A program made the translations under genes and the position numbers. DNA of 64,000 nt from an uncultured Prevotella sp. (GTDB lineage Bacteria; Bacteroidota; Bacteroidia; Bacteroidales; Bacteroidaceae), in contig CAMJWJ010000001.1 in assembly GCA_946409435.1 (NCBI GenBank), forward strand, positions 9,257-73,256, given 5' to 3'. Position 1 is the stretch's first letter. The number at the start of each line of letters is the position of its first letter. The notes under the pieces were generated by a model, which did no database searches, was not told the origin of the DNA, and was given only the letters and a program-made list of their open reading frames with translations. Of the stretch, positions 25,823 to 35,022 are shown one piece after another.

Positions 25823-28186
25823 ATGAGAAAACTGCTGACGACAGCCGTAGTAGCCATGGCACTGACGGCAACTGCCAAGAACATCAAACCGATGAAACCG
25901 TTTGTCGACGACCTGATGGACCGCATGACTCTGCAGGAGAAGATAGGCCAGCTGAACCTTCAGGTGGCTGGTGACATCACCACTGGACAGGCTCAGGATA
26001 CTGAGGTGGCCGGCATGATAGCCGCCGGCCAGCTGGGCGGCGTGTTCAACCTGAAGGGCGTTGACAAGATACGCGCCCTGCAGGACATTGCCGTCAAGAA
26101 GTCGCGTTTGGGCATCCCCTTGCTGGTGGGCATGGACGTCATTCACGGCTACGAGACCATCTTCCCCATACCGTTGGCCATGTCATGTTCGTGGGACGTT
26201 GAGGCTGTCGAGCAGGCAGCACGCATCGCTGCCACCGAGGCTACCGCCGACGGCATCGACTGGGTCTACTCGCCCATGGTCGACATCTCGCTTGATGCCC
26301 GTTGGGGCCGTGTGGCTGAGGGTAATGGCGAGGATCCCTTCCTCGGGGCTGCGATGGCTAAGGCCTATGTGCGTGGCTACCAAGGAACTGAGATGAAGGG
26401 CAACACCGAGGTGATGGCCTGTGTCAAGCACTATGCCCTGTATGGTGCTGTGGAGGCTGGTCGTGACTACAACACGGTGGACATGAGTCGTCAGCGTATG
26501 TACAACCAGTACTTCCCGCCCTACAAGGCCGCTGCCGAAGCTGGTGCTGGCTCGTTCATGTCGTCGTTCAACCTTGTCGACGGACAGCATGCCACTGCCA
26601 GCCATTGGTTGCTGACCGATGTGCTGCGCAACGAGTGGAAGTTTGACGGTTTCGTAGCCACAGACTATGGTTCTATCGGCGAGATGACCATCCATGGTTT
26701 TGGTGACATGCAAGAGTGTGCGGCCCAGGCATTACAGGCAGGCACTGACATGGATATGTGTTCGCAGGGCTTCCTGCGTACACTGGAGCAGTCGCTGCAG
26801 TTGGGCCGTGTCACCATGGCCGACATCGACCGTGCCTGCCGCCGCATCCTGGAAGCGAAGTACAAACTGGGACTCTTCGCCGACCCATACAAGTATCTTG
26901 ACCCCAAGCGCCGTGCCAAGGACATCTATACCGACAGCAACCGTGCAGCCTCTCGCCGTCTGGCTGCCGAAACCTTCGTGCTGCTGAAGAACAAAGCCCT
27001 CCTGTTGTCCCCCGGGGGGGACACGGAACCGCTGTTGCCGCTGACCAGCGACAAGCTCTTGCGCCTTCATCATATAAATGCTTCTAAAGAAGCCCCCTCG
27101 GGGGCTGTAGGGGAGGCTGAAACACGACCGGCCATTGCTCTCATCGGCCCGTTGGCCAATGACCGCAAGAACATTGCCGGTACGTGGTGTGTGGCCTATA
27201 CCCCCGAACGCTATAAGACCATCAAGGAAGCCATGGAGGAACGATTTGCCCAGACTGGCAATGGCCGACTGCTCTATGCGCAGGGCTGCAACCTGACGCG
27301 TGACGAGGCCCTTCAGCGTGCTGCTGAGTTTGGCAAGAACATGGAACGTGGCGATGAAGCCTTGCTGAAGGCCGAAGCGCTGCGGGTGGCCCGTGAGGCC
27401 GACGTCATCGTCTGTGCCATGGGCGAGTGTGCCGACTTCTCCGGCGAGAGCTCCAGCCGAGCCACCCTTGAGATGCCTGATGTTCAGCGTGAGCTGTTAG
27501 AAGAGCTTTCCCGTTTGGGCAAACCCATTGTGTTGCTCCATTTCTCGGGTCGCGCCACCGTGCTGACATGGGAAGACTGTCACCTCGATGCCATCATGAA
27601 CGTCTGGTTTGCCGGTTCTGAGGCAGGCGATGCCATCTGCGACGTACTTTTTGGCGATGCTGCCCCGTCGGGTCGTCTGACGGTCACCATGCCGCAGGCC
27701 CTTGGTCAGGTGCCACTCTACTACAACCACCTCAGCACGGGTCGCCCCGTTGCCGAGGGCGAGACACAGTACCGTAAGTATGCCAGCAACTACCTTGAAG
27801 TGCGCAATGATCCGCTCTATCCCTTCGGTTACGGACTGACTTACACTACGTTCAGTTACAGCGACATCGTGCTCAACGGCCGTCAGGCCAGTGTCACTGT
27901 GACCAATACCGGCAGTCGCGACGGCGACGAGGTGGTACAGCTCTACATCCGCGACCTGGTGGCCTCGATAGCCCGTCCTGTCAAGGAACTGAAGGGCTTT
28001 CGTCGTCTGCACTTGCGTGCCGGCGAGTCTCAGACGGTTACCTTCGACATTACCGACGACATGCTCAGCTACTACAACCACGAGTTGCGCTATGTCATGG
28101 AACCTGGTGACTTCGACGTCATGATAGGTCCCGACAGTCACCGTGTCAAGACGGCACGCCTGACCGTCTCGAAGAACGGGCTGTAA
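25823..28186 (+). CDS. bglX: GH3 beta-glucosidase (BglX-like)
   Basis: Motifs SRLGIPLLVGMDVIHGY, RWGRVAEGNGEDP, ACVKHYA, ATDY and YPFGYGLTYTTF. Confidence 0.93.
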   Translation: MRKLLTTAVVAMALTATAKNIKPMKPFVDDLMDRMTLQEKIGQLNLQVAGDITTGQAQDTEVAGMIAAGQLGGVFNLKGVDKIRALQDIAVKKSRLGIPLLVGMDVIHGYETIFPIPLAMSCSWDVEAVEQAARIAATEATADGIDWVYSPMVDISLDARWGRVAEGNGEDPFLGAAMAKAYVRGYQGTEMKGNTEVMACVKHYALYGAVEAGRDYNTVDMSRQRMYNQYFPPYKAAAEAGAGSFMSSFNLVDGQHATASHWLLTDVLRNEWKFDGFVATDYGSIGEMTIHGFGDMQECAAQALQAGTDMDMCSQGFLRTLEQSLQLGRVTMADIDRACRRILEAKYKLGLFADPYKYLDPKRRAKDIYTDSNRAASRRLAAETFVLLKNKALLLSPGGDTEPLLPLTSDKLLRLHHINASKEAPSGAVGEAETRPAIALIGPLANDRKNIAGTWCVAYTPERYKTIKEAMEERFAQTGNGRLLYAQGCNLTRDEALQRAAEFGKNMERGDEALLKAEALRVAREADVIVCAMGECADFSGESSSRATLEMPDVQRELLEELSRLGKPIVLLHFSGRATVLTWEDCHLDAIMNVWFAGSEAGDAICDVLFGDAAPSGRLTVTMPQALGQVPLYYNHLSTGRPVAEGETQYRKYASNYLEVRNDPLYPFGYGLTYTTFSYSDIVLNGRQASVTVTNTGSRDGDEVVQLYIRDLVASIARPVKELKGFRRLHLRAGESQTVTFDITDDMLSYYNHELRYVMEPGDFDVMIGPDSHRVKTARLTVSKNGL
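26995..27118 (+). repeat. In-frame palindromic cassette in the second GH3 gene
   Basis: Encodes ALLLSPGGDTEPLLPLTSDKLLRLHHINASKEAPSGAVGEA. Hairpins TGTCCCC..GGGGACA and AGCCCCC-TC-GGGGGCT with an outer stem. Confidence 0.75.
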
Positions 28187-28202
28187 ATCAAGGAAAAGCC
28201 CT

Positions 28203-28260
28203 GCACTTCCTGCAACCTGCTGAGTATCAGCACAGGTGCAGGAAGTGCGTGATTTTTTAT
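28203..28260 (+). terminator. Long hairpin/terminator at the end of the PUL operon
   Basis: GCACTTCCTGCA...TGCAGGAAGTGC with a T-run a few bases downstream. Confidence 0.6.
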
Positions 28261-28388
28261 GTGAGTATAGTATGTGTGCGGTTCTCTGTCAGAGGTGGCA
28301 TTTTTTCTGACAAAACAATAAAAAACAGAAGACGGCAGGACGCTGTCTCCGTTTTTTTTATTACCTTTGCCCGGAAATAAGCAAAGAT

Positions 28389-30005
28389 ATGCGACTACTG
28401 ACCAGATTTCTTTTTGTCATCAGCCTATTCTATTCCACCGTCGTGGCCATGGCCCAAACGGTAGACTGGAAAAAACAGCTCGCCGAGGTAGACCGTGCCA
28501 TCGACGAGGCTCCACGCTATGTGGCTCAGCGCGAGGCCAGCATCAGTGAGGCACTCAAGGCATACGATGCCGCCAGCGAAACGGCCTCCCGTTACAAGGC
28601 AGCGCTGCGGCTGTACGAACTGTATAAACCCTTCATCAGCGACTCAGCCTTCTACTTCCTCACTGAGGGCATCCGGCTGGCTGACAAGCTGGGCGACCAC
28701 TCTGAAGAGGTACGCTGTCGTGCGCTGATGGCCCTGCGCTGTTCCAATATTGGCATGTACGATGAGGCCTTGCTGACTCTCGACAGCATCAGTACCGACG
28801 GCATCAGCCGTGAGGCGCTGGGTGAATACTATCGTGCTCGCAACAACGTCTACAATGAACTGGCCTACTATACGCGGCTTGACAACATGCGCGACACTTA
28901 CCGGCAGCTGGAGGAACGCTACGATTCGCTGATGCAGGCCACGCTGCCAGCCGACGATCCTGACTGTCTGCTACGTCGAGAGCTGCATCTGATGAACGAG
29001 AAACAGCTGGAGCAGTCGATGGCTGTCAACGACGAGTGGCTAACCACTGTCACGCCCGGCAGCCACCCCTACGCGCTGGCCGCCCTCTACCGCTATCTAG
29101 AATACATGGCACAGGGCGACTCGGCGCAGATGATGCACTGGCTCTGCGAATCAGTATTGGCCGACATCCGCAATGGTGTGCTGGACCAGGGATCTATGTG
29201 GGAACTGGCTAATCAGTTGATGCTGCTGGGCGACAACGACCGTGCCTACCGCTATATCAACTTCACGATGGACTGTGCCGGTCGCTATGGGTCGCGCCAG
29301 CGGCTGTGGCAGAATGCTCCGCTGCTGAACGCCATTGCCAAGAACTACAAGACGCAGAGCGAGCGCACCACACGGCAGCTGTGGGTGATGCTGGCCTGCA
29401 TCAGCGTGCTGGCAACGGTGCTGTTGGTGGTGCTGGTATTCCTGAATCGCCGAAACCGCCAGCTCGACGTGGCGCGACGGGCGCTCCGCGACACCAACGA
29501 CAGGCTGGCCTCGCTGAACGATGAGCTGAAGGAGGCCAACAGCGTGAAAGACGAGTACATCGGCCGCTTCCTGTCGCTCTGTGCACAGTATGTCGACAAG
29601 CTCGACAACTATCGCAAGATGGTGAACCGCAAGATGAAGAACAAGGAACTGGATGAACTGTTCCGGATGACGAAGTCTACCGAACTGAAGGAGCGCGAGA
29701 TAGAAGAGCTGAACCACAATTTCGACAGCGTCTTCCTGCATCTCTTCCCTAACTTCGTAAACGACCTGAACGGTCTGCTCCTACCTGACTACCAGATACA
29801 CCTGAAGGATGACGGTCGGCTGACCACCGACGTTCGTATCTTTGCACTTATCAGGCTGGGCATCGACGACTCGTCGAAGATAGCCGAGTTCCTGCACTAC
29901 TCGGTCAACACCATCTATAACTACCGGGCCCGACTGAAAAACGGCGCGGCAGACAATCGCGGACAGTTTGAGCGTAAGGTGAAGGAGATTGGCCGTCCGG
30001 CATGA
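28389..30005 (+). CDS. SusR-like (DUF6377-type) membrane-spanning transcriptional regulator
   Basis: Periplasmic helical domain and one TM helix, then LKEANSVKDEYIGRFL and RIFALIRLGIDDSSKIAEFLHYSVNTIYNYR. Confidence 0.88.
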   Translation: MRLLTRFLFVISLFYSTVVAMAQTVDWKKQLAEVDRAIDEAPRYVAQREASISEALKAYDAASETASRYKAALRLYELYKPFISDSAFYFLTEGIRLADKLGDHSEEVRCRALMALRCSNIGMYDEALLTLDSISTDGISREALGEYYRARNNVYNELAYYTRLDNMRDTYRQLEERYDSLMQATLPADDPDCLLRRELHLMNEKQLEQSMAVNDEWLTTVTPGSHPYALAALYRYLEYMAQGDSAQMMHWLCESVLADIRNGVLDQGSMWELANQLMLLGDNDRAYRYINFTMDCAGRYGSRQRLWQNAPLLNAIAKNYKTQSERTTRQLWVMLACISVLATVLLVVLVFLNRRNRQLDVARRALRDTNDRLASLNDELKEANSVKDEYIGRFLSLCAQYVDKLDNYRKMVNRKMKNKELDELFRMTKSTELKEREIEELNHNFDSVFLHLFPNFVNDLNGLLLPDYQIHLKDDGRLTTDVRIFALIRLGIDDSSKIAEFLHYSVNTIYNYRARLKNGAADNRGQFERKVKEIGRPA

Positions 30006-30009
30006 CGTT

Positions 30010-31455
30010 TCACAGCAGTGGTGAGAACAGGCGCGTGAGGCTCTCCCACAGGCGTGCAGCAAATGTGGGATGCAACCTGCGGGGCAGCTCCGCGAGAGAC
30101 GTGCTGTGCGACAGGTCGTCGAGAAAGACTTTCTTCATGCGCAGCGCCACAGACTCGTCGTAGACGAAGACGCAGGACTCGAAATTGTTTTCAAACGAGC
30201 GGAAGTCGACGTTGGCCGAGCCGCACGACGTCAGCGAGTCATCAGAAACCAGCATCTTTGAGTGGATGAAACCGTCGGCATAGAGATAAACCTTGCCGCC
30301 CGCCTGATACAGCTGACGGAGGTAGGAGCGCGACGCCCACTCGGCAAAACGGGCATCGGAGCGCAGCGGACAGACGAGACGTACGTCGACGCCCGACAGC
30401 GCTGCCGTCTTGAGGGCGAAGAGCACTGGCTCGTTGGGCAGGAAATAAGGTGTCTCGATGTAGACGTAGCGTCGTGCCCGCTGGATGATGTCGACATAGC
30501 CCTGCATGATGTTGGGGTAGGGCGACATGGGACCGCTAGTGACGAGCTGGGCAAGCTCCTTGGTGGTGGGGTCTGCAGTCGGCGGATAGTATGCACGGTC
30601 GGTGACGAGCGTGCGGTCAACGAAGTACCAGTCGATGAGAAAGGCTCGTTGCAGGGCATAGACGATGGCTCCCTCGAGGCGTACCATCGTGTCACGCCAC
30701 GAGCCGCCGCCACCGGCCACTGGCCCCGGCAACCCTTTGACGTAGCGGTCGGCAATGTTCATGCCGCCGACGTAGCCTATGCGGCCGTCGATGACGACGA
30801 GCTTGCGGTGGTTGCGGTAGTTGACCTTCGACGTGAACGACGGGAAGCGGACAGGCAGGAAGGATGTTACGTCGATGCCGTCGCGGCGCATGGCTTCGAA
30901 GAAGCGGTCGCTGACCTTCCAGCAACCTACGTCGTCGTAGATGATGCGTACCACGACACCGCTGCGCGCCTTGGCCCGCAGCGCATCGGCTACGAGGCGG
31001 CCAAGGGCGTCGTCCTCGAAGATGTACATGCTGATGTGTATGTGGTGGGTGGCCTGCGCGATGTCGTGCAACAGTTCGGGGAAGAAGGCGTAGCCGTCGG
31101 TCATGATGTCCAGCTGACTGCACTGGAAGGGTAGCGACATGCTTTGGTTGATGAAGAGGTCGACGAGCTGCCTGTGGCGCTCGGGCACGTGGAAATCGTG
31201 CTGTTCGACAAAGCTGAGCATTGAGCGCCTCGTCAGTTCGTCGAGCTGCCGTCTGCTGATGATGCGCTTGCGCCGCTGGTTGATGCCGAAGAAGAAGTAT
31301 AGCACGATGCCTACGACGGGGACGAGCAGTATGACCAGTACCCAAGCCATGGTCTTTGCCGGTTGCCGGTTGTCCATCAGAACGTGGACAACAGCCGTCA
31401 GCGACAGGAGGCCTACCAGCACCATGACCAAGATGAAAAAGATGCTACCCATCAT
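30010..31455 (-). CDS. cls: Cardiolipin synthase
   Basis: Two HKD motifs (NHRKLVVIDG, IHSKMLVSDD) and an N-terminal TM pair. Confidence 0.95.
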   Translation of the reverse strand: MMGSIFFILVMVLVGLLSLTAVVHVLMDNRQPAKTMAWVLVILLVPVVGIVLYFFFGINQRRKRIISRRQLDELTRRSMLSFVEQHDFHVPERHRQLVDLFINQSMSLPFQCSQLDIMTDGYAFFPELLHDIAQATHHIHISMYIFEDDALGRLVADALRAKARSGVVVRIIYDDVGCWKVSDRFFEAMRRDGIDVTSFLPVRFPSFTSKVNYRNHRKLVVIDGRIGYVGGMNIADRYVKGLPGPVAGGGGSWRDTMVRLEGAIVYALQRAFLIDWYFVDRTLVTDRAYYPPTADPTTKELAQLVTSGPMSPYPNIMQGYVDIIQRARRYVYIETPYFLPNEPVLFALKTAALSGVDVRLVCPLRSDARFAEWASRSYLRQLYQAGGKVYLYADGFIHSKMLVSDDSLTSCGSANVDFRSFENNFESCVFVYDESVALRMKKVFLDDLSHSTSLAELPRRLHPTFAARLWESLTRLFSPLL

Positions 31456-31457
31456 AT

Positions 31458-31516
31458 CTCTTACTTCTTACATATTACATCTTACATCTTACTTCTTACA
31501 TCATACATCATACATC
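31458..31516. repeat. Degenerate heptamer tandem repeat
   Basis: About 8 units of TTACTTC/TTACATC/ATACATC between dnaG and cls. Confidence 0.75.
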
Positions 31517-33485
31517 ATACAATCACGTCGCTGCCTCGCTCGCGTGCCAGTGCATTACGTAGCTTCAGCGTCTGGTTGTAGTCGTCCATCAGTGGGCGCA
31601 GCCGGTCCATGTCGGCACCTACGGCGGTCATCTGCCGTTGCAGTTCCTTCAGGTGGCTGTTGACGATGCCCATGCGGAAGTCAAGGATGAGGTGTTGGAT
31701 GCGCTGACGCAGCGCCATGGTGTCGCTCCGCATCTCGAAGCTGCGGCTCAGCTGGTGACGGTCGATGCCCAGTGTGGCAGCCAGCTGGCTGACCTGCGGG
31801 TCGGCATGCTGCATGAAGTACTGTTCGGCCTTGAACGTCGGGCGTGCTGACTGTTCGACGGCCTCCTGTAGTATGCGGTTATATAGCTCGCTGGAGAAGT
31901 GCAGGTCGTCGCTGCCCAAGTCGTAGTCGATGTATTGTGCCACGTTGAGGTTGATGGTCTGTCCGTCGTCGGTCTCCAGGCCTTCAAAGATGACTTCGTC
32001 GCCGTGGCGTATGATGTTCTGCACCAGCAGACGCTCTACCTCGCTGTTCTGCTCTTGGGCCGTATGCAGTCCAATGGGCACTATCAGCTCGTCGCGGTGG
32101 TCGGCATCCTGGTCGGTGGTGCCGCTGGCAGCCTGCTGACCGTCGGCCTGCCGCTCGCGCTCCTTCTGGCGTTCCTCCTTGTCGCGCTGGATGTACTGGT
32201 TGACGGTGGTTACGAGGGCTTGCTCGTTGACGCCGAAGCGGTGGGCACACTCCGAGAGGTAGGTGTCGAGCTTCAGCTTGTCAGGTATGACGCTGACGCT
32301 GCGCAGGATGCTGCTGACAGCCTCTGAGCGCTTCTGAGGGTCGGTGACACCATTCAACAGCAGGTCGGTCTTGAACTGTATGAAGTCCGTCTGGTGCTGT
32401 TCGATGTATTCCTTGAACTGCTGTGCAGTATGCTTGCGGGCAAAGGAGTCGGGGTCGTCGCCGTCGGGCAGTAGCAGCACCTTGATGTTCATGCCCTCGC
32501 TGAGCAGCATGTCGGTACCTCGCATGGCGGCATGGATGCCGGCCTCGTCGCCGTCGTAGAGCAGCACAATGTTGTCGGTGAACCGGTGCAGCAGCTTCAC
32601 CTGGTAGGGCGACAGGGCTGTACCGCTGTTGGCCACCACGTTCTCCAGTCCGCACTGGTGCATGGCGATGACGTCGGTGTAGCCTTCTACCATGTAGACG
32701 CAGTCTTCCTTGACGATGGCCTTCTTGGCCTGATAGATGCCGTACAGCTCACGCTCCTTATGGTAGATTTCCGAGTCGGGTGAGTTGACGTATTTCTGCT
32801 GTACGCCCTTGGTGGCAGCATCAAGTTTACGGCCACCGAAGGCCACCACCTTGCCGCTGACGTTCAGCCACGGGAAGATGGCACGTCCGGTGAAGCGGTC
32901 GTAGATGCCTCGCTCGCTCTGAATGGCCAACCCGGTCTTCACCAGAAACTCTTCCTTGAATCCCTTGCGTCGCGCCTCGTTTGTCAGGGCGTCGCGCTTG
33001 GTGAGGGCAAAGCCCAACTGGAACTTCTCGATGATGTCGTCACGAATGCCACGGCTACGAAAGTACTGCTTACCGATGGCCTGTCCGTCGACGTCGTTCT
33101 TCAGGATGCTGTGGAAGTACTGGCAAGCCCACTCGTTGATGACAAACATCGACTCACGGTCTGACTGTTCGCGCTTCTCGTCGTCCGTCAGCTCGCGTTC
33201 CTTGATTTCGATGTTGTACTTCTTGGCCAGCCAGCGCAGAGCCTCGGGGTAGGTGATCTGCTCGTGCTTCATCAGGAAGTTGACAGCGTTGCCGCCCTCG
33301 CCACATGAGAAGCACTTGCATATCTGACGTGCCGGCGACACCATGAACGACGGCGTCTTGTCGTCGTGGAAAGGACACAGCCCCTTGAAGTTCACCCCTG
33401 ACTTGCGCAGGTTGACGAACTCGCCCACCACCTGTACGATGTCGGTGGCTTCCATGATTTTGTCGACGGTCGCTCTGTCAATCAT
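31515..33485 (-). CDS. dnaG: DNA primase
   Basis: Zn finger CPFHDDKTPSF..CFSC; KYVNSPDS; TOPRIM motifs VEGYTDV and YDGDEAG. Confidence 0.98.
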   Translation of the reverse strand: MIDRATVDKIMEATDIVQVVGEFVNLRKSGVNFKGLCPFHDDKTPSFMVSPARQICKCFSCGEGGNAVNFLMKHEQITYPEALRWLAKKYNIEIKERELTDDEKREQSDRESMFVINEWACQYFHSILKNDVDGQAIGKQYFRSRGIRDDIIEKFQLGFALTKRDALTNEARRKGFKEEFLVKTGLAIQSERGIYDRFTGRAIFPWLNVSGKVVAFGGRKLDAATKGVQQKYVNSPDSEIYHKERELYGIYQAKKAIVKEDCVYMVEGYTDVIAMHQCGLENVVANSGTALSPYQVKLLHRFTDNIVLLYDGDEAGIHAAMRGTDMLLSEGMNIKVLLLPDGDDPDSFARKHTAQQFKEYIEQHQTDFIQFKTDLLLNGVTDPQKRSEAVSSILRSVSVIPDKLKLDTYLSECAHRFGVNEQALVTTVNQYIQRDKEERQKERERQADGQQAASGTTDQDADHRDELIVPIGLHTAQEQNSEVERLLVQNIIRHGDEVIFEGLETDDGQTINLNVAQYIDYDLGSDDLHFSSELYNRILQEAVEQSARPTFKAEQYFMQHADPQVSQLAATLGIDRHQLSRSFEMRSDTMALRQRIQHLILDFRMGIVNSHLKELQRQMTAVGADMDRLRPLMDDYNQTLKLRNALARERGSDVIV

Positions 33486-33495
33486 TCCTCATTTC

Positions 33496-34083
33496 TCATT
33501 GCTCATTGCTCATTCTTGTGACCACCTGTTCCACAACCTGTGGAAAATGGGCCATTTCCAGCTCGTGCTCCTTACTGGCAATGTCGTCGACGGTGTCAGT
33601 GGGCGACAGCGGTGTGCGGAACTGGGCGATGATCTCGCCACTGTCGCACACGGGGGTCACGTAGTGTACCGTCATGCCCGTCTCCGTCTCGCCGGCAGCC
33701 TTGACGGCCTCGTGAACGTGGTGTCCCCACATGCCTTTGCCGCCAAACTTGGGCAGCAGAGCCGGATGGAGGTTGACGATGCGGCGGGGGAATGCCTCGC
33801 AGAGGTATTCGGGCACCAGTGGCAGGAAACCGGCCAGCACGATGAAGTCGATGGCGTACTGCTGCAGCAGGGCGGTCATGACCGACGGGTCGTGCAACTG
33901 TGCCTTGCTGACCACTGCCGTCGGCACGCCGAGCCGTTCGGCACGTACCAGCGCGTAGGCGTCGGCCTTGTTGCTGACCACGAGTGCCGTGTTTACGATT
34001 CTGCTGTCGGCGAAGTGCCTGATGAGGTTCTCGCAGTTGGTACCGCTACCGGACACAAAGATGGCGATGTTTACTTTCTTCAT
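33496..34083 (-). CDS. purN: Phosphoribosylglycinamide formyltransferase
   Basis: Motifs IAIFVSGSGTN, NLHPALLPKFGG and TGMTVHYV; start taken at ATG 34083. Confidence 0.96.
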   Translation of the reverse strand: MKKVNIAIFVSGSGTNCENLIRHFADSRIVNTALVVSNKADAYALVRAERLGVPTAVVSKAQLHDPSVMTALLQQYAIDFIVLAGFLPLVPEYLCEAFPRRIVNLHPALLPKFGGKGMWGHHVHEAVKAAGETETGMTVHYVTPVCDSGEIIAQFRTPLSPTDTVDDIASKEHELEMAHFPQVVEQVVTRMSNEQ

Positions 34084-34337
34084 TCTTTCATTATTTCGTG
34101 CAAAGGTACGAATAAGCGAGTGAAAATGCAAATTTATTTTGCAATTTTCCTAACAGAAGTGTCTTTTTATTTTGTACCCATAAAAAAGAATGTGATTTCT
34201 TTTGCTCTTATCCTTTTATTTCGTACTTTTGCATGGTGTTAAAGCGCAGTAGGAGTAATCTCTCACCTCTTAACACTCATCTCTAAATGTTGAGAATGTG
34301 AAAACATACGATACTTGAATAGATAGAACCATAAGAT

Positions 34338-34904
34338 ATGCAGACAAGATTCAAGAAAAATACTAAGATTTTCGACATTGTCATCACGGCTGTCGCCGGC
34401 ACGCTCTCGGTTGGTGTGATGCTTTATGCCGTCTGTCATTTCGGATTGACCGAAGCATGGCCCGAGCTATTGCTCAACGTGTTTTACGTCGCTTGCCTGG
34501 TGATGATTTGGATGTACTTCTTCAACTATCGCATTACTACCCAACAGTTCAACTACTGGTGCTCCATATCGGTGGGCATCACGGTGCTGTTGCGCGACAT
34601 TCTCTTCCCGCCGCCCTTGGCGTATTTCTCCTTGCATCTGACTTGTCTCACCCTGTCGGTGCTGCTGCTTTGTATGCTCACTTTCTTCTATGCCCGAAAG
34701 AACTGGAAGAGTTACACCAAGCGCAACCTGTGGTCCATTTGCATCGTAGATATGCTCATTGCCGCACTTTACAACTACGCCATCTATCTTGAACCCATCG
34801 ACGAATACACCAATTATCTGCTTACCGAGATATGGATACGTCCAGCCATAACCTATGGTCTTGTGGCTTGTTTCGTCACAGAAGGCGAAACTACTGGGCA
34901 GTAG
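34338..34904 (+). CDS. Hypothetical polytopic membrane protein
   Basis: 188 aa with about 6 hydrophobic segments and an AT-rich upstream region. Confidence 0.75.
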   Translation: MQTRFKKNTKIFDIVITAVAGTLSVGVMLYAVCHFGLTEAWPELLLNVFYVACLVMIWMYFFNYRITTQQFNYWCSISVGITVLLRDILFPPPLAYFSLHLTCLTLSVLLLCMLTFFYARKNWKSYTKRNLWSICIVDMLIAALYNYAIYLEPIDEYTNYLLTEIWIRPAITYGLVACFVTEGETTGQ

Positions 34905-34957
34905 GTAGCTCATTGGTTGCTGAAATTGTAATGGGTATTCTTTCGTGGTTCATTCTT

Positions 34958-34993
34958 TTGCAACTCAGTTGCAAGGAAACCTTTGTACCTTTG
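34958..34993 (+). promoter_or_regulatory. Palindromic operator and -7 element of the metal ATPase gene
   Basis: TTGCAAC-TCA-GTTGCAA at 34958-34974; TACCTTTG at 34986-34993. Confidence 0.6.
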
Positions 34994-35022
34994 CACCAGA
35001 AAACAGAAAGGTACAACGAAAT

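Noticed and set aside
32090-32150. Possible REP remnant in the dnaG linker (and similarly near 60020-60060)
   Set aside because: Pairing too degenerate to distinguish from GC-rich linker sequence.
34235-34290. GTGTTAA..TTAACAC stem in the leader of the membrane-protein gene as a riboswitch
   Set aside because: Only a 7-bp stem overlapping a heptamer-like tract, with no recognisable aptamer motif.
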